This document shows positions 47,050-57,178 of a stretch of DNA of 64,000 nt, in pieces. Source of the DNA: Candidatus Gastranaerophilales bacterium (GTDB lineage Bacteria; Cyanobacteriota; Vampirovibrionia; Gastranaerophilales; Gastranaerophilaceae); NCBI GenBank assembly GCA_944323925.1, contig CALUUI010000003.1, positions 129,988-193,987 of the forward strand. The letters run 5' to 3'. Under the pieces are notes generated by a model that ran no database searches, was not told the origin of the DNA, and was given only the letters and a program-made list of their open reading frames with translations. The translations under genes and the position numbers were made by a program. Within the stretch, counting starts at the first letter, position 1. Each line of letters opens with the position of its first letter.

Positions 47050-47361
47050 ATCGTGAACGGTAGGAGTAAACTTGATATCGTGATGGAATCTTCCGTCATC
47101 CTCTAACGCCGGATCTAAATAAATAAATACGTTACGTACTGCTTTAATAACAGGATTGTGATAATATGCTTTATCTTCAATGTTAGTAGTAGGTACGCCG
47201 TTTGCACGGGATTGTAGAGTTACAATATCAGAAGCTGTTGTTATAGAATAACCGTTATTCATAACAAAATTTGGATCAACTAACTCATCAGGAGTAACTT
47301 CTGCTCTAACAAGACCTGAACTTAATAATGCGAAAATCGCGAGTAAAAAATATTTTTTCAT
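47044..47361 (-). CDS. Small secreted protein of unknown function
   Basis: It has the signal peptide MKKYFLLAIFALLSSGLVRA|E. The start is chosen at ATG 47361. Confidence 0.5.
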   Translation of the reverse strand: MKKYFLLAIFALLSSGLVRAEVTPDELVDPNFVMNNGYSITTASDIVTLQSRANGVPTTNIEDKAYYHNPVIKAVRNVFIYLDPALEDDGRFHHDIKFTPTVHDL

Positions 47362-47391
47362 AACACCCATTCTTATTTTCAAAAACTATCT

Positions 47392-48450
47392 CTACTTATT
47401 ATATGATTCCATTATAATATTTTCTAACGTATTAATCAAGTCTTTTTCATCAACTCTTGCAACAATTTCTCCTTTACGGAAAACGTAACCTTCTCCGATT
47501 GCTCCAGCGATTCCGAAATCAGCGTGTTTTGCTTCTCCAGGACCATTAACAGGACAACCCATTGTTGCGATAGTTATAGGTAGGTCTAAATTTTTAAATC
47601 TTTCTTCTACTTGTTTAGCAAGTTTTATTAAATCTATTTGTGTTCTACCACAGGTAGGGCAGGATATAAAATTTACTCCTCGCTGTCTTAACCCAAGGGA
47701 TTTTAGAATTCCCCATCCTGCTTCAACTTCTTCAATCGGGTTTTCTGTTAGCGAGACTCTTATAGTGTCGCCTATACCATCAAATAATAGACTTCCAAGC
47801 CCGATAGAGGATTTTATTAACCCGGATTTAAGTGTTCCGGCTTCGGTAACTCCAAGGTGCAGAGGATAATCACATGATTGAGCCATTAATCTATATGCTC
47901 TAATTGTTGTTGGTACATCTGAAGATTTTAGAGATACCTTTATAAGGTCGAAATCCAAATCTTCGAGAATTTTAATATGACCTAAAGCGCTTTTAACCAT
48001 TTTTTCTTCTAATGGTATGTTTTCTGATTCAAGTTGTTTTTCTAAAGAGCCGCCATTTATACCTATACGAATTGGTATATTATTGGTTTTTGCAAGTTTT
48101 ACTACCTTCTCAACATTTTCTCGTTTCCCAATATTTCCGGGGTTTATTCTTAAGGCTGAAATACCATTTTCTATACATTGTAGTGCTAATCTGTAATCAA
48201 AATGAATATCTGCTATTACAGGTATTTTACTGTGTTTTACTATTTCTTTAATACTTGCCGCAGCATCTTTATTTAGTACCGCTAAACGGACTAATTCGCA
48301 TCCGCGTTCGCTTAATTCATCAATCTGTTTTAAGGTAGATTTTACATCTCGTGTATCTGTATTACACATTGATTGTACAGATATGGGAGCATCTGAACCT
48401 ATTTTAATATTTCCAATTGTTAATTGTTTTGTTTTTCGTCTTTTTATCAT
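47392..48450 (-). CDS. ispG: 4-hydroxy-3-methylbut-2-en-1-yl diphosphate synthase
   Basis: It has IGNIKIGSDAPISVQSM, INPGNIG and the cluster ligands CPTCGR...GCPVNGPGE. Confidence 0.95.
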   Translation of the reverse strand: MIKRRKTKQLTIGNIKIGSDAPISVQSMCNTDTRDVKSTLKQIDELSERGCELVRLAVLNKDAAASIKEIVKHSKIPVIADIHFDYRLALQCIENGISALRINPGNIGKRENVEKVVKLAKTNNIPIRIGINGGSLEKQLESENIPLEEKMVKSALGHIKILEDLDFDLIKVSLKSSDVPTTIRAYRLMAQSCDYPLHLGVTEAGTLKSGLIKSSIGLGSLLFDGIGDTIRVSLTENPIEEVEAGWGILKSLGLRQRGVNFISCPTCGRTQIDLIKLAKQVEERFKNLDLPITIATMGCPVNGPGEAKHADFGIAGAIGEGYVFRKGEIVARVDEKDLINTLENIIMESYNK

Positions 48451-48488
48451 ATAATTATTATATTACAAAATAAAAGAGAGAGAAATAT

Positions 48489-49232
48489 ATGAAAATTGCA
48501 GTTATCTCAGATGTTCACGGAAATATGCAAGCCCTGCATTCTGTTATTAAACATATTAAACTTAACAAATGCGACAAGGTTATTGGTCTTGGTGATTATG
48601 CAATGGCAGGTCCTCAGCCTGTAGAAACAGTTGATTGGTTTATTGAAGCAAAAGAAGAAAAAGGGTTTATCCTTATTCAAGGAAATACTGATAAATTAAT
48701 TGCTGAGTATGATGATGGCGTTTATGATGTTATGAAATCCAAATATCCGGTCATGGCAAACGCATTAAAAAATGACGTAGAACTTCTTAATTGGCGTCAG
48801 AAGGATTTCTTGCGCTCTCTACCTAATCAGTTAAACTTAAACTTTGAAGGGGTAAATATTTTATTGGTTCACGGCTCGCCTCGTAAAAATAATGAAGATA
48901 TTTTGCCTGATACCCCGTTGGATGTTCTTGAAGAAATGATTAAGGATGTTGAGGCAGATATAATTTTATGTGGTCATACCCATATTCCATGTGGTTTTCA
49001 AACGGTATCAAAGAAAACAGTTATTAATGTCGGGTCTGTTGGTAGACCATTTACTGAAAGACCACAGGCTTGCTATTTATTATTAACTTTAGAAAATGGT
49101 AAATTTATGGTACAGCACAATTTTGTTAAATATGATAATGAAAAAGCTGCTGAAATTATGCGAACAAGAAGTTTTGAAGGCGCAGACAAAATAGCCGATA
49201 TTCTTATAACTCCTGAAACAAGGCATATCTAA
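48489..49232 (+). CDS. Metallophosphoesterase (YfcE/MJ0936-like)
   Basis: It has the motifs DVHGN, GDY, GNTD, VHGSP and GHTH. Confidence 0.85.
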   Translation: MKIAVISDVHGNMQALHSVIKHIKLNKCDKVIGLGDYAMAGPQPVETVDWFIEAKEEKGFILIQGNTDKLIAEYDDGVYDVMKSKYPVMANALKNDVELLNWRQKDFLRSLPNQLNLNFEGVNILLVHGSPRKNNEDILPDTPLDVLEEMIKDVEADIILCGHTHIPCGFQTVSKKTVINVGSVGRPFTERPQACYLLLTLENGKFMVQHNFVKYDNEKAAEIMRTRSFEGADKIADILITPETRHI

Positions 49233-50200
49233 TTTCTTTGCTGTGTAGACTGGATCTTTCCGCGCTCTTTATATAGTACTTCAAAATTGTATTGTGAACG
49301 CTTATAGTTACTTATAGTTGCTTCCATACATTTATTTACAAGAAAATAAAGTAGTGGAACACATACTACGAATGATATAACACCGATTAGTACATGGGTA
49401 ATAAGTTTTTTCCTGCGAGCATCTTCTCTTTTCGCTATTCTTATATCATCTTGTTCTCTTAATATACTATTTATTATATCTTTTCGTTCTTGAATTGAAA
49501 GAGAATTCATGTAATCTAAGTTCTCTTCATCAATATAGATTACGTATTTTTTGTATCGTTTATCTCCTTCTAAATAGTCAAGAGTTTGCATATATTCTGT
49601 ATCAAAATTGTTGACAGGATATTCGCAAATTTGTTCTGTCACTATAGTTTTTTCATTTTCTTGATTAATGGTTTCTTCTTCTGCTAATTCTTCATTTGCT
49701 TCAAGTCGATTAATGTTTTCTTCGCTTTCATCAACTTGTTCTATTTCGTTAATTTCTGTTTCTATTTCAGATTCAACTTCGGTTTCTTCTTTTGTAGTAT
49801 TTTCTTCTTGAGTCCCCATTTCAGCAGTTATTTTGTTGGTAAGCTGTTCAAGTAAATCCAATGAAACTTCATTGTTGCTCATATCCATAAATTCATTTAC
49901 ATCTAATGAGTCATTTTTACTGCTTATTTGGCTTTGAGCTCTTGGGGTTGAGCCTTTTAATAATGGAGGAATAATTGTAGTCGCTCCATTTCCTTCAGAA
50001 TTTTTTGTTTCTGGTACAGAATTTCCTTCATTAGAGTTTTCGTTTTGGGTATCTTCTTGTGTATCTTTTTTCTTCTTCGCAGATTTTGATGATGAAAGTT
50101 GGGTTGATACATTAGTTATCTGGCGTTGAATTAGCCGGATATCTATATCATCATCATCTATCGCATAAGATTCTTTTTTTTCTTTGTCGTTATTTGACAC
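49229..50200 (-). CDS. Hypothetical acidic protein with a C-terminal TM anchor
   Basis: The 323-aa protein has a Glu/Asn/Thr-rich low-complexity N-terminal half and a single TM helix (ITHVLIGVISFVVCVPLLYFLV). Confidence 0.5.
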   Translation of the reverse strand: MSNNDKEKKESYAIDDDDIDIRLIQRQITNVSTQLSSSKSAKKKKDTQEDTQNENSNEGNSVPETKNSEGNGATTIIPPLLKGSTPRAQSQISSKNDSLDVNEFMDMSNNEVSLDLLEQLTNKITAEMGTQEENTTKEETEVESEIETEINEIEQVDESEENINRLEANEELAEEETINQENEKTIVTEQICEYPVNNFDTEYMQTLDYLEGDKRYKKYVIYIDEENLDYMNSLSIQERKDIINSILREQDDIRIAKREDARRKKLITHVLIGVISFVVCVPLLYFLVNKCMEATISNYKRSQYNFEVLYKERGKIQSTQQRN

Positions 50201-50265
50201 TAAAAACTTCCCTCTATATTATTTTTATTATAGAATAATTATATAGTATATTTAGATTTTAGGCA

Positions 50266-51285
50266 ATGACGATGGAAATATCAAGAGAGAAATTAATTGA
50301 AAATATTAAAGCATTAAGCGAGAAAAGTGTATTAGTAGTTGGAGATTTAGCTCTAGACGAAATGATATATGGTGATACAGAGCGAATATCACGAGAGGCA
50401 CCGGTTCTTATTTTAAGGCATACATATACGAAATATATTCTGGGTGGAGCTTCTAATGCTGCCAATAACGCTTCTAGTATAAATTCGGGAAAAGTTAGTG
50501 TTATTGGTGTTATTGGTGATGATTACCACGGTGCTGATATTAAAAAGGCGTTTCAAGATGCTGGTATATCTTGCAAATACATTGTTGAGGCAAAAGGACG
50601 TAAAACAATTACCAAGTCTAGAATTTCAGGCTCTTGTTCTCATTCGATTACTCAACAGATTGTCAGGATTGATTCACAATCTGATGAACCTTTGCCGACA
50701 AATGTTGAAAAGCAAATTCTTAAAAATCTTGAATTGGCGGTACCTGAGCATGACGCGATTATTCTTTCTGATTATCATATTGGAACATTGACCCAAAAAG
50801 TTATTGATAAAGCAATAAAACTTGCTAATAAATATAAAAAGATTATAGTTGTAGATGCTCAAAAGGATTTGGATAATTATAAAAATATAACTTCTATGAC
50901 TCCAAATTTACCTGATACTCAAAAACATGTTGGTAGACGTCTAGAAACAAGAGACGATTTTGTTGTTGCTGGAAAATATTTGATTTCCGATAGTAAGGCT
51001 AAGTTTGTTCTTATCACTTGCGGCGGAGATGGTATGATGCTTGTTTCACCAAAAGAAAGTTATCATATTCCTGTATTTAATAAATCTAAAGTTTTTGATG
51101 TAACAGGGGCCGGAGATACAGTTACTGCCGTTTATACATTGGCTCTTGCAGCTGGAGCTGAGCCTGTTTATGCCGCTATTATTGGTAATATTGCTGCCAG
51201 TATTGTTATTAGAGAATTTGGTTGTGCTACAACTAATATTGATACGATTATTAAATATATACCTGCAAAAATTAAAATTGATTAG
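50266..51285 (+). CDS. rfaE1: D-glycero-beta-D-manno-heptose-7-phosphate kinase (RfaE domain I, PfkB family)
   Basis: It has VLVVGDLALDEMIYGDTERISREAPV and the PfkB C-terminal DVTGAGDT. Confidence 0.8.
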   Translation: MTMEISREKLIENIKALSEKSVLVVGDLALDEMIYGDTERISREAPVLILRHTYTKYILGGASNAANNASSINSGKVSVIGVIGDDYHGADIKKAFQDAGISCKYIVEAKGRKTITKSRISGSCSHSITQQIVRIDSQSDEPLPTNVEKQILKNLELAVPEHDAIILSDYHIGTLTQKVIDKAIKLANKYKKIIVVDAQKDLDNYKNITSMTPNLPDTQKHVGRRLETRDDFVVAGKYLISDSKAKFVLITCGGDGMMLVSPKESYHIPVFNKSKVFDVTGAGDTVTAVYTLALAAGAEPVYAAIIGNIAASIVIREFGCATTNIDTIIKYIPAKIKID

Positions 51286-51300
51286 TAAATAGGAGACATT

Positions 51301-51816
51301 ATGGAAAAACTTAAAAAAATATTTAAGAAAATAGGTTTGGTTGATATTATTATTTTGCTAACTATAATAATTGCACTTCTTGTAGGGTATATAACTTATA
51401 AACAAATTAGACAAACTTCTGAAAAGCAAATTATTTCAACTTCAAAAGTGGATTTTCATGTTTTTGTGAGAGGGGTTTCTTATACTGGAAATATTTTACC
51501 TGTAAAACCCGGAGATAAGACATTTATTACAATAAGAAATGTTCCTTATACTGAACTCGAGGTAAAAAATGTTATTGCTCAAACCCGTAAGGTTGCTGTT
51601 GGTGTAAATAATGACATTAAAGTTATTGACGATCCGGCATATCCAAATCTTTATGATATGGTAGTTGTTGTATCTGATGATGCTAAAATTACTAAGGACG
51701 GTCCTGTTGTTGGTGGTAATAAACTTAAATCAGGCTTGCCGATTACTATTGAAGGGGCTACTTATAAATTTAACGGTACTGTTTCGGATGTTATTATAAT
51801 GAACCCTGAGGGCTAA
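51301..51816 (+). CDS. DUF4330-like membrane-anchored protein
   Basis: It has an N-terminal TM helix (GLVDIIILLTIIIALLVGYI) followed by a beta-rich domain. Confidence 0.55.
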   Translation: MEKLKKIFKKIGLVDIIILLTIIIALLVGYITYKQIRQTSEKQIISTSKVDFHVFVRGVSYTGNILPVKPGDKTFITIRNVPYTELEVKNVIAQTRKVAVGVNNDIKVIDDPAYPNLYDMVVVVSDDAKITKDGPVVGGNKLKSGLPITIEGATYKFNGTVSDVIIMNPEG

Positions 51817-51824
51817 TTTTTATT

Positions 51825-53150
51825 ATGATTATTAATAGAATTTTGTCAGATTTACAAACGATTTTTTGTCCTTTGGTAGAGAAAAGTTTAGTACTAAAAT
51901 CTTTGGATTTTTGTATATTCATAATGATTGGCTGTGTTATATTAACATCATTATGTTTCCCCTCGGATACGATTGGATATTTTGCTTTGATATCAATATT
52001 TTTAACACTGTTAAAAGCTGTTGTTACAAAAGATTTTAAATTCGATTATACAAAGTTTGAATTGTGCCTAATAATATATTTAGCATTTGTGCTTATTAGT
52101 GCTGCTGGTGCATCTTTGTTTTTATTAAGTTTAAAAGGTTTGATGAAAACGCTTATTTATCTTGGTTATTATGTTTCTTGCGTTGTGTATTTAAGAGATA
52201 ATAAAAAAGATGTTATAAAAATATTAGGCTTATTTGCTTTTTGTGCGTGTTATGAAAGTATTGTAGGTTTATTACAAAATTCGTCGCATGTAAACGCATT
52301 AGCAGGCTGGCAGGATGTTGCAAATCTTAATCCGGAAGAAGTTATGACTAGAGTATTTGGTACTTTAAAGCCTCTTAATCCGAATCTTTTTGGCGGATAT
52401 ATGCTTGCCGTTATTCCTGTTTTATATGGTATAACAGCATTATTAGCAGTTTCAGGTAACTTAGTATTTTGTATAGTAGGAATACTTTTCTCGTTGCTTG
52501 CAACTATGGTTATGATTATGAGCGGGTGCAGAGGTGTTTTCCTAGCGTATCCTGTTATGATGCTGGTTCCTGCTTTTGTACTTTTTGTTAGAATAAAAGA
52601 GTCTTTAAAAGGTCTGCTTTGCAAGATTTACGCTGCTGTTTGCGTATGTTGCATAGGTGTTATTATTGCATCAACATCTTTAAGAGCAAGAATTTTGAGT
52701 ATATTTGCAATGAGGGGTGACAGTTCTACTTCGTTTAGATTTAATGTTTATCAGTCATCTTTGCAGATGTTTAAAGATAATCCGTTTTTAGGAATCGGTG
52801 TTGGTAATCAAAATTTCAGAGAAACTTATGGTTTATATATGAAAACAGGCTATGATGCATTAAGTGCATATAATATCTATCTTGAAACGGCTGTTGAAAG
52901 TGGTATTTTTGCTCTGATTTCGTTTATTTCTTTTTTAGTATTTTTGATTTCTGGTGCTGTAAAGACTATATTAAATTCGTCTAATATTAAAAAAGTTATT
53001 ATTTTGACAACAGCCCTTGCGTCTATTGTTGGGATGCTATTCCACGGTATGGTTGATACAATATATTTCAGACCGCAATTACAGTTTGTATTTTGGATGA
53101 TGGTGGCAATAATTAGAACTTTTGCCAAGTTTGAAATTTTTGAATCTTGA
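51825..53150 (+). CDS. O-antigen ligase-like (Wzy_C) polytopic membrane protein
   Basis: It has about 11 TM segments and the loop SGCRGVFLAYP...STSFRFNVYQSSLQMFKDNPFLGIGVGN typical of the O-antigen ligase family. Confidence 0.75.
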   Translation: MIINRILSDLQTIFCPLVEKSLVLKSLDFCIFIMIGCVILTSLCFPSDTIGYFALISIFLTLLKAVVTKDFKFDYTKFELCLIIYLAFVLISAAGASLFLLSLKGLMKTLIYLGYYVSCVVYLRDNKKDVIKILGLFAFCACYESIVGLLQNSSHVNALAGWQDVANLNPEEVMTRVFGTLKPLNPNLFGGYMLAVIPVLYGITALLAVSGNLVFCIVGILFSLLATMVMIMSGCRGVFLAYPVMMLVPAFVLFVRIKESLKGLLCKIYAAVCVCCIGVIIASTSLRARILSIFAMRGDSSTSFRFNVYQSSLQMFKDNPFLGIGVGNQNFRETYGLYMKTGYDALSAYNIYLETAVESGIFALISFISFLVFLISGAVKTILNSSNIKKVIILTTALASIVGMLFHGMVDTIYFRPQLQFVFWMMVAIIRTFAKFEIFES

Positions 53151-53157
53151 TAATATT

Positions 53158-53197
53158 AAACAATTGCCGCCAAAATCTGGCGGCAATTGTTTTTTTT
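53158..53197. terminator. Strong bidirectional terminator
   Basis: A 13-bp stem, ACAATTGCCGCCA (53160-53172) / TGGCGGCAATTGT (53178-53190), is followed by T7. Confidence 0.85.
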
Positions 53198-53211
53198 GTT
53201 AAATCCTCAAA

Positions 53212-54261
53212 TTAGAATAATGCAGCAATAGATTTTTTATAATCAGGTTTTATTATTCCTTTTTCAGTGATAATCCCTGTTATTAATTCGTGAGGAGTTA
53301 CATCAAATCCGGGGTTTATTATATTTACGCCTTCTGCACAAATTCTTTGTCCGTTGATATGTGTAACTTCTTCTGAGGAACGTTCCTCTATCGGGATTTC
53401 ATCTCCTGATTTTATGGATGTATCTATGGTAGAGAGAGGTGCTGCAATATAGAATGGGATATTATGGTATTTTGCAGCAATTGCAACGGTGTATGTCCCA
53501 ATTTTATTTGCTGTATCTCCATTTGCTGCTATTCTGTCTGCCCCAACAACTACTAAATCAATCATACCCTTTTTCATAAAATAAGAGCACATTCCGTCTG
53601 TAATAAGAGTTACAGGAATATTGTCCATTACAAGTTCAAATGTCGTAATTTTTGCACCTTGCTGTCTTGGTCTTGTTTCGTCTGCAAAAACTTGAACAGT
53701 GTTGTCATTTGCGTATGCTGAACGAACAACCCCAAGAGCGGTACCGTAGCCTACAGTCGCTAATGCTCCTGCATTACAGTGAGTAAGAATCCTTCCGCCT
53801 TTTGGTACTACCTCTGCACCGTAATCTCCGATTTTTTTATTGATTTCTATATCTTCATTTTCAAGTTTAATACTATTAGAGATTAACTCTTTTATTATTC
53901 CGTTTATATCAGACTTTGAATTTTTAATAACTTCTTTTTGTTTTTCAACAGCCCACATAAGATTTACCGCCGTTGGGCGAGATGTCTTCATATAATCAGC
54001 TTTTTTCAGTAATTCTTTTATGAAATCTTCTCTTGAAAGATTTTTCTTTTCAAGCTCTTGTGCATATAGATTAATCCCGTGAGCACCTGCTATTCCGATT
54101 GCAGGCGCACCTCTTACTATCATTGTTCTGATTGCTGAGAACATTTCATCTCCGCTTGTTATATTTATGAAAGAATATTCATAAGGGATTTTGGTTTGAT
54201 CAACCATTTTTGAATAGTTATCTACCCATTCAATGGTTTTTATTTTTGATTTGAATTCCAT
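53212..54261 (-). CDS. mtnA: S-methyl-5-thioribose-1-phosphate isomerase
   Basis: It has RGAPAIGIAGA, TRPTAVNL, CNAGALAT, DETRPRQQGA and VGADRIAANGDTANKIGTY. Confidence 0.9.
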   Translation of the reverse strand: MEFKSKIKTIEWVDNYSKMVDQTKIPYEYSFINITSGDEMFSAIRTMIVRGAPAIGIAGAHGINLYAQELEKKNLSREDFIKELLKKADYMKTSRPTAVNLMWAVEKQKEVIKNSKSDINGIIKELISNSIKLENEDIEINKKIGDYGAEVVPKGGRILTHCNAGALATVGYGTALGVVRSAYANDNTVQVFADETRPRQQGAKITTFELVMDNIPVTLITDGMCSYFMKKGMIDLVVVGADRIAANGDTANKIGTYTVAIAAKYHNIPFYIAAPLSTIDTSIKSGDEIPIEERSSEEVTHINGQRICAEGVNIINPGFDVTPHELITGIITEKGIIKPDYKKSIAALF

Positions 54262-54285
54262 TTTTCGCTCCTTATAGTGTAAAAT

Positions 54286-54765
54286 CTATTTTATTTGAAA
54301 ATTAATATTTTCGTTGTCACCTTTTTTTATTCCGGTTACAAATTCATATAACCATACCGCTGCAAGTCCTGCAAAGCTATTAAGAAGTGCACTCATTAAT
54401 GCGCAGAAAAATACCATAAACAGGCCTATTATTATTCCGCCAAAAGATGTGAAGAACATTGAAAAGAATCCGCCTGTGTATTTGTGAAATATTAAACCAA
54501 TTAGAGAGCTTATTGGTAAGTAGGTAACGCATAATCCTAAAAAGGAAGCAAATCCTGCTATTGCACCTATTAAAGCTCCTTCTTTTATATTTATTAGTCC
54601 GATTAGGTTAAATTTCTTTAGAAATATAACCATTGCACCCCCCATTACAAACATTGCAAATAAGAATGCTATTAAGTTTAATCCAGGTAAAAGAGTTATA
54701 AGCCCAAGAGCCAGACCAAATATAAAACTTAAAATACTTACTTGTTTAACTATTATAAAATTCAT
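54286..54765 (-). CDS. Hypothetical polytopic membrane protein
   Basis: The 159-aa protein has four Gly-rich TM segments. Confidence 0.55.
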   Translation of the reverse strand: MNFIIVKQVSILSFIFGLALGLITLLPGLNLIAFLFAMFVMGGAMVIFLKKFNLIGLINIKEGALIGAIAGFASFLGLCVTYLPISSLIGLIFHKYTGGFFSMFFTSFGGIIIGLFMVFFCALMSALLNSFAGLAAVWLYEFVTGIKKGDNENINFQIK

Positions 54766-54888
54766 ATATTTCTCCCTTTATCAAGTATAATTTTGACATA
54801 ATTAATTCAAACTTACAAGAGATTAAGTATTGTAAAAAAATAGTATTTTTAGTCAAAAAATATTTGTTTGGTGTTATCAATAAGTGTA

Positions 54889-57075
54889 ATGCTAATTCAA
54901 CAGATAAATAGTTATAAATATTATAATAGTGATTTAAAAAAAGCTAATAAACCGGTAAGTAATAAAACGTTTACCGGAAAACCTGTTATGGGTGATGTTT
55001 TTATTAAACAGGCTAACAGTGATGAATTTTTAAAAAACATTGATAAAATTAAAGAAATAGCATTAAATGCCAAAATTCCATATAGTAATATTTCATCAAT
55101 GTTAAAATCGTTGAATGAGATTAATTGTAAAGCCTTTCTAAATATGCTGGTTTATTCAGTTACTTTTGGTGAGGCTGGGGAGATATTCGATTCTAAAAAT
55201 TCCAAAAATTATAAGGCCCAAAGAATTATAAACTCGGTAAATACTGAAAATAAAGAATTTGTAGAAAAATATGTAGAACTGGGGGGATGGTCTGAAAAAC
55301 ATATAAAGGAATGGCAATCTTATGCCGGCGTTGTAGATGCGTTGTATCCGAGAGATTTTTTCCCAACTACAATGGATGATTTGCTTGATTGGGTTTCGCC
55401 TATAAATAAAGATTTAATTATAAAAACAATAGATAAATTCGAGTTTCCGGAACATGTACTAATTCTATATTTTAATTCGTTATATGATTATACAGGAGCT
55501 GAAATTTCTAATTTTGATGTAAATCTTGAAAAAGGTTTAGCAGATTACCTTAATGAGATAATGGCAAATCGAAATCATCCGTTTAGAAAAAACTTAAATA
55601 CAATAGATTTTATTAATAAATCTCCGGAGTCTGTTAATCAAATAAATAATATGATTAATAATCGGATTAAGTTTATTGATTTGTTGAAATTTCCATTTGA
55701 AGATAAAAAACATTTTGATAAGGTATTAAGAGATGCTTGTTCATTAATGGGAAAAGTATATGAGAATGAAATAAACCAAGCGGTTGATGAATATCAAGCA
55801 AGGCGTGATTTAGATGTGTTTTTTTCTGAAAAATTAAATTCTGTAATAGGTATGATAGCTTTTACAGATAAAGAAACGGTGTTACATATATTTGATAAAG
55901 GGTTAGAGAATACTGACAAATTTATCAATACGCAAAACCGATTAACATATGATGATTTTCAAATTTTATCTGATGTAGTACGAAAAGGAAAAGTGAAAAA
56001 TAAAAATGGAGAGTATGTTCCAATTTCAGCGAAAGATAAGGTTTATATTTATAATCTAGTAAATATTAATAGAACAGTTTTTGCTCGTAGTAACGATGAT
56101 ATAGATTTTAAATCAGCAATAACGAGGTCTGATAATAATCAAGACGTATACATTGACTTTAAGCAAATAGAAGAACAAATACACAAAAAAGTATTAAAGA
56201 AATATGGTTTTACGGAAGAAGAATTACAAAAATTGAATCCCAAGGACTTAGATTGGGATTCTCGATATATTCATTTATTAGCCTCCAAAGCACATGATGA
56301 TGAAGCCTTGGATATTATTGTTAAAGAGGCATCAAAAGGGAATTTCGTGAACTATATAAATGATACTTCTAACGATTATGGAGCAGTTAACCAAAAAACA
56401 AAAGAGATTTTTAATGATAACGGATTAAATTTTGAAGCGTGGGAGAACGGAATATCAGAAGGTGAATTTAAGGTAAAAGATGAAAAACTTAAGATATCTT
56501 TATGGAAACGTCGTCCGCAGAGTTCACTGTTTAATGGTTCATATACTACTTGCTGTACATCGTTAGATGGTGCACAGTGGAAATCAATGCCTGAATATAT
56601 ACTTAATAAAGTGTTTAATATTATGGAAGTAAAAAATGAACAAGGAGATACTATTGCGCAATCAAGAATGTATATGATAAATAAAAGTATTCCGGCTCTA
56701 ATTGTTGACAATATAGAGGTTAATAATACATTTAAGAAAAAATTAGCAACGGATAAATTAAAAGATGAATTTATAGAAAATATTTTTTCATATATAAGAA
56801 AATATGCAAAGACACTTGCCCCTTGGGAAATCCCTGTATATTTTTCTACAGAGAATAATAAAATATATACCTCAAGGGATTTAACCGGATATCCTAAATT
56901 GAGAGTATATATTGATTCTATAGTCGGTGAGTTGAACAGTGATACAGTATATTGTAATGCAAATTCTGATTGCTTTTCCGATTTATTATACTCAACAGCA
57001 ATTTTTTATAATATCTCAAAACCTCCCAAGGATAAAGCGAGTGGGTATAATCTCCTATTAATGAATGATTTTTAG
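54889..57075 (+). CDS. Large hypothetical protein (about 728 aa) with no recognised domain
   Basis: It is an intact ORF. The start is uncertain (TTG 54868, ATG 54889 or ATG 54988, none with a good RBS). The C-terminal region contains FNGSYTTCCTSLDG. Confidence 0.6.
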   Translation: MLIQQINSYKYYNSDLKKANKPVSNKTFTGKPVMGDVFIKQANSDEFLKNIDKIKEIALNAKIPYSNISSMLKSLNEINCKAFLNMLVYSVTFGEAGEIFDSKNSKNYKAQRIINSVNTENKEFVEKYVELGGWSEKHIKEWQSYAGVVDALYPRDFFPTTMDDLLDWVSPINKDLIIKTIDKFEFPEHVLILYFNSLYDYTGAEISNFDVNLEKGLADYLNEIMANRNHPFRKNLNTIDFINKSPESVNQINNMINNRIKFIDLLKFPFEDKKHFDKVLRDACSLMGKVYENEINQAVDEYQARRDLDVFFSEKLNSVIGMIAFTDKETVLHIFDKGLENTDKFINTQNRLTYDDFQILSDVVRKGKVKNKNGEYVPISAKDKVYIYNLVNINRTVFARSNDDIDFKSAITRSDNNQDVYIDFKQIEEQIHKKVLKKYGFTEEELQKLNPKDLDWDSRYIHLLASKAHDDEALDIIVKEASKGNFVNYINDTSNDYGAVNQKTKEIFNDNGLNFEAWENGISEGEFKVKDEKLKISLWKRRPQSSLFNGSYTTCCTSLDGAQWKSMPEYILNKVFNIMEVKNEQGDTIAQSRMYMINKSIPALIVDNIEVNNTFKKKLATDKLKDEFIENIFSYIRKYAKTLAPWEIPVYFSTENNKIYTSRDLTGYPKLRVYIDSIVGELNSDTVYCNANSDCFSDLLYSTAIFYNISKPPKDKASGYNLLLMNDF

Positions 57076-57178
57076 AAAAAATAGTATAAAAAAATATAGT
57101 TTTCTCGTTATAATAAGTTGACAAATAGTATAAAATAATTAAACAAGAACCAATCAACAATTATAAGGAGATACAGCT

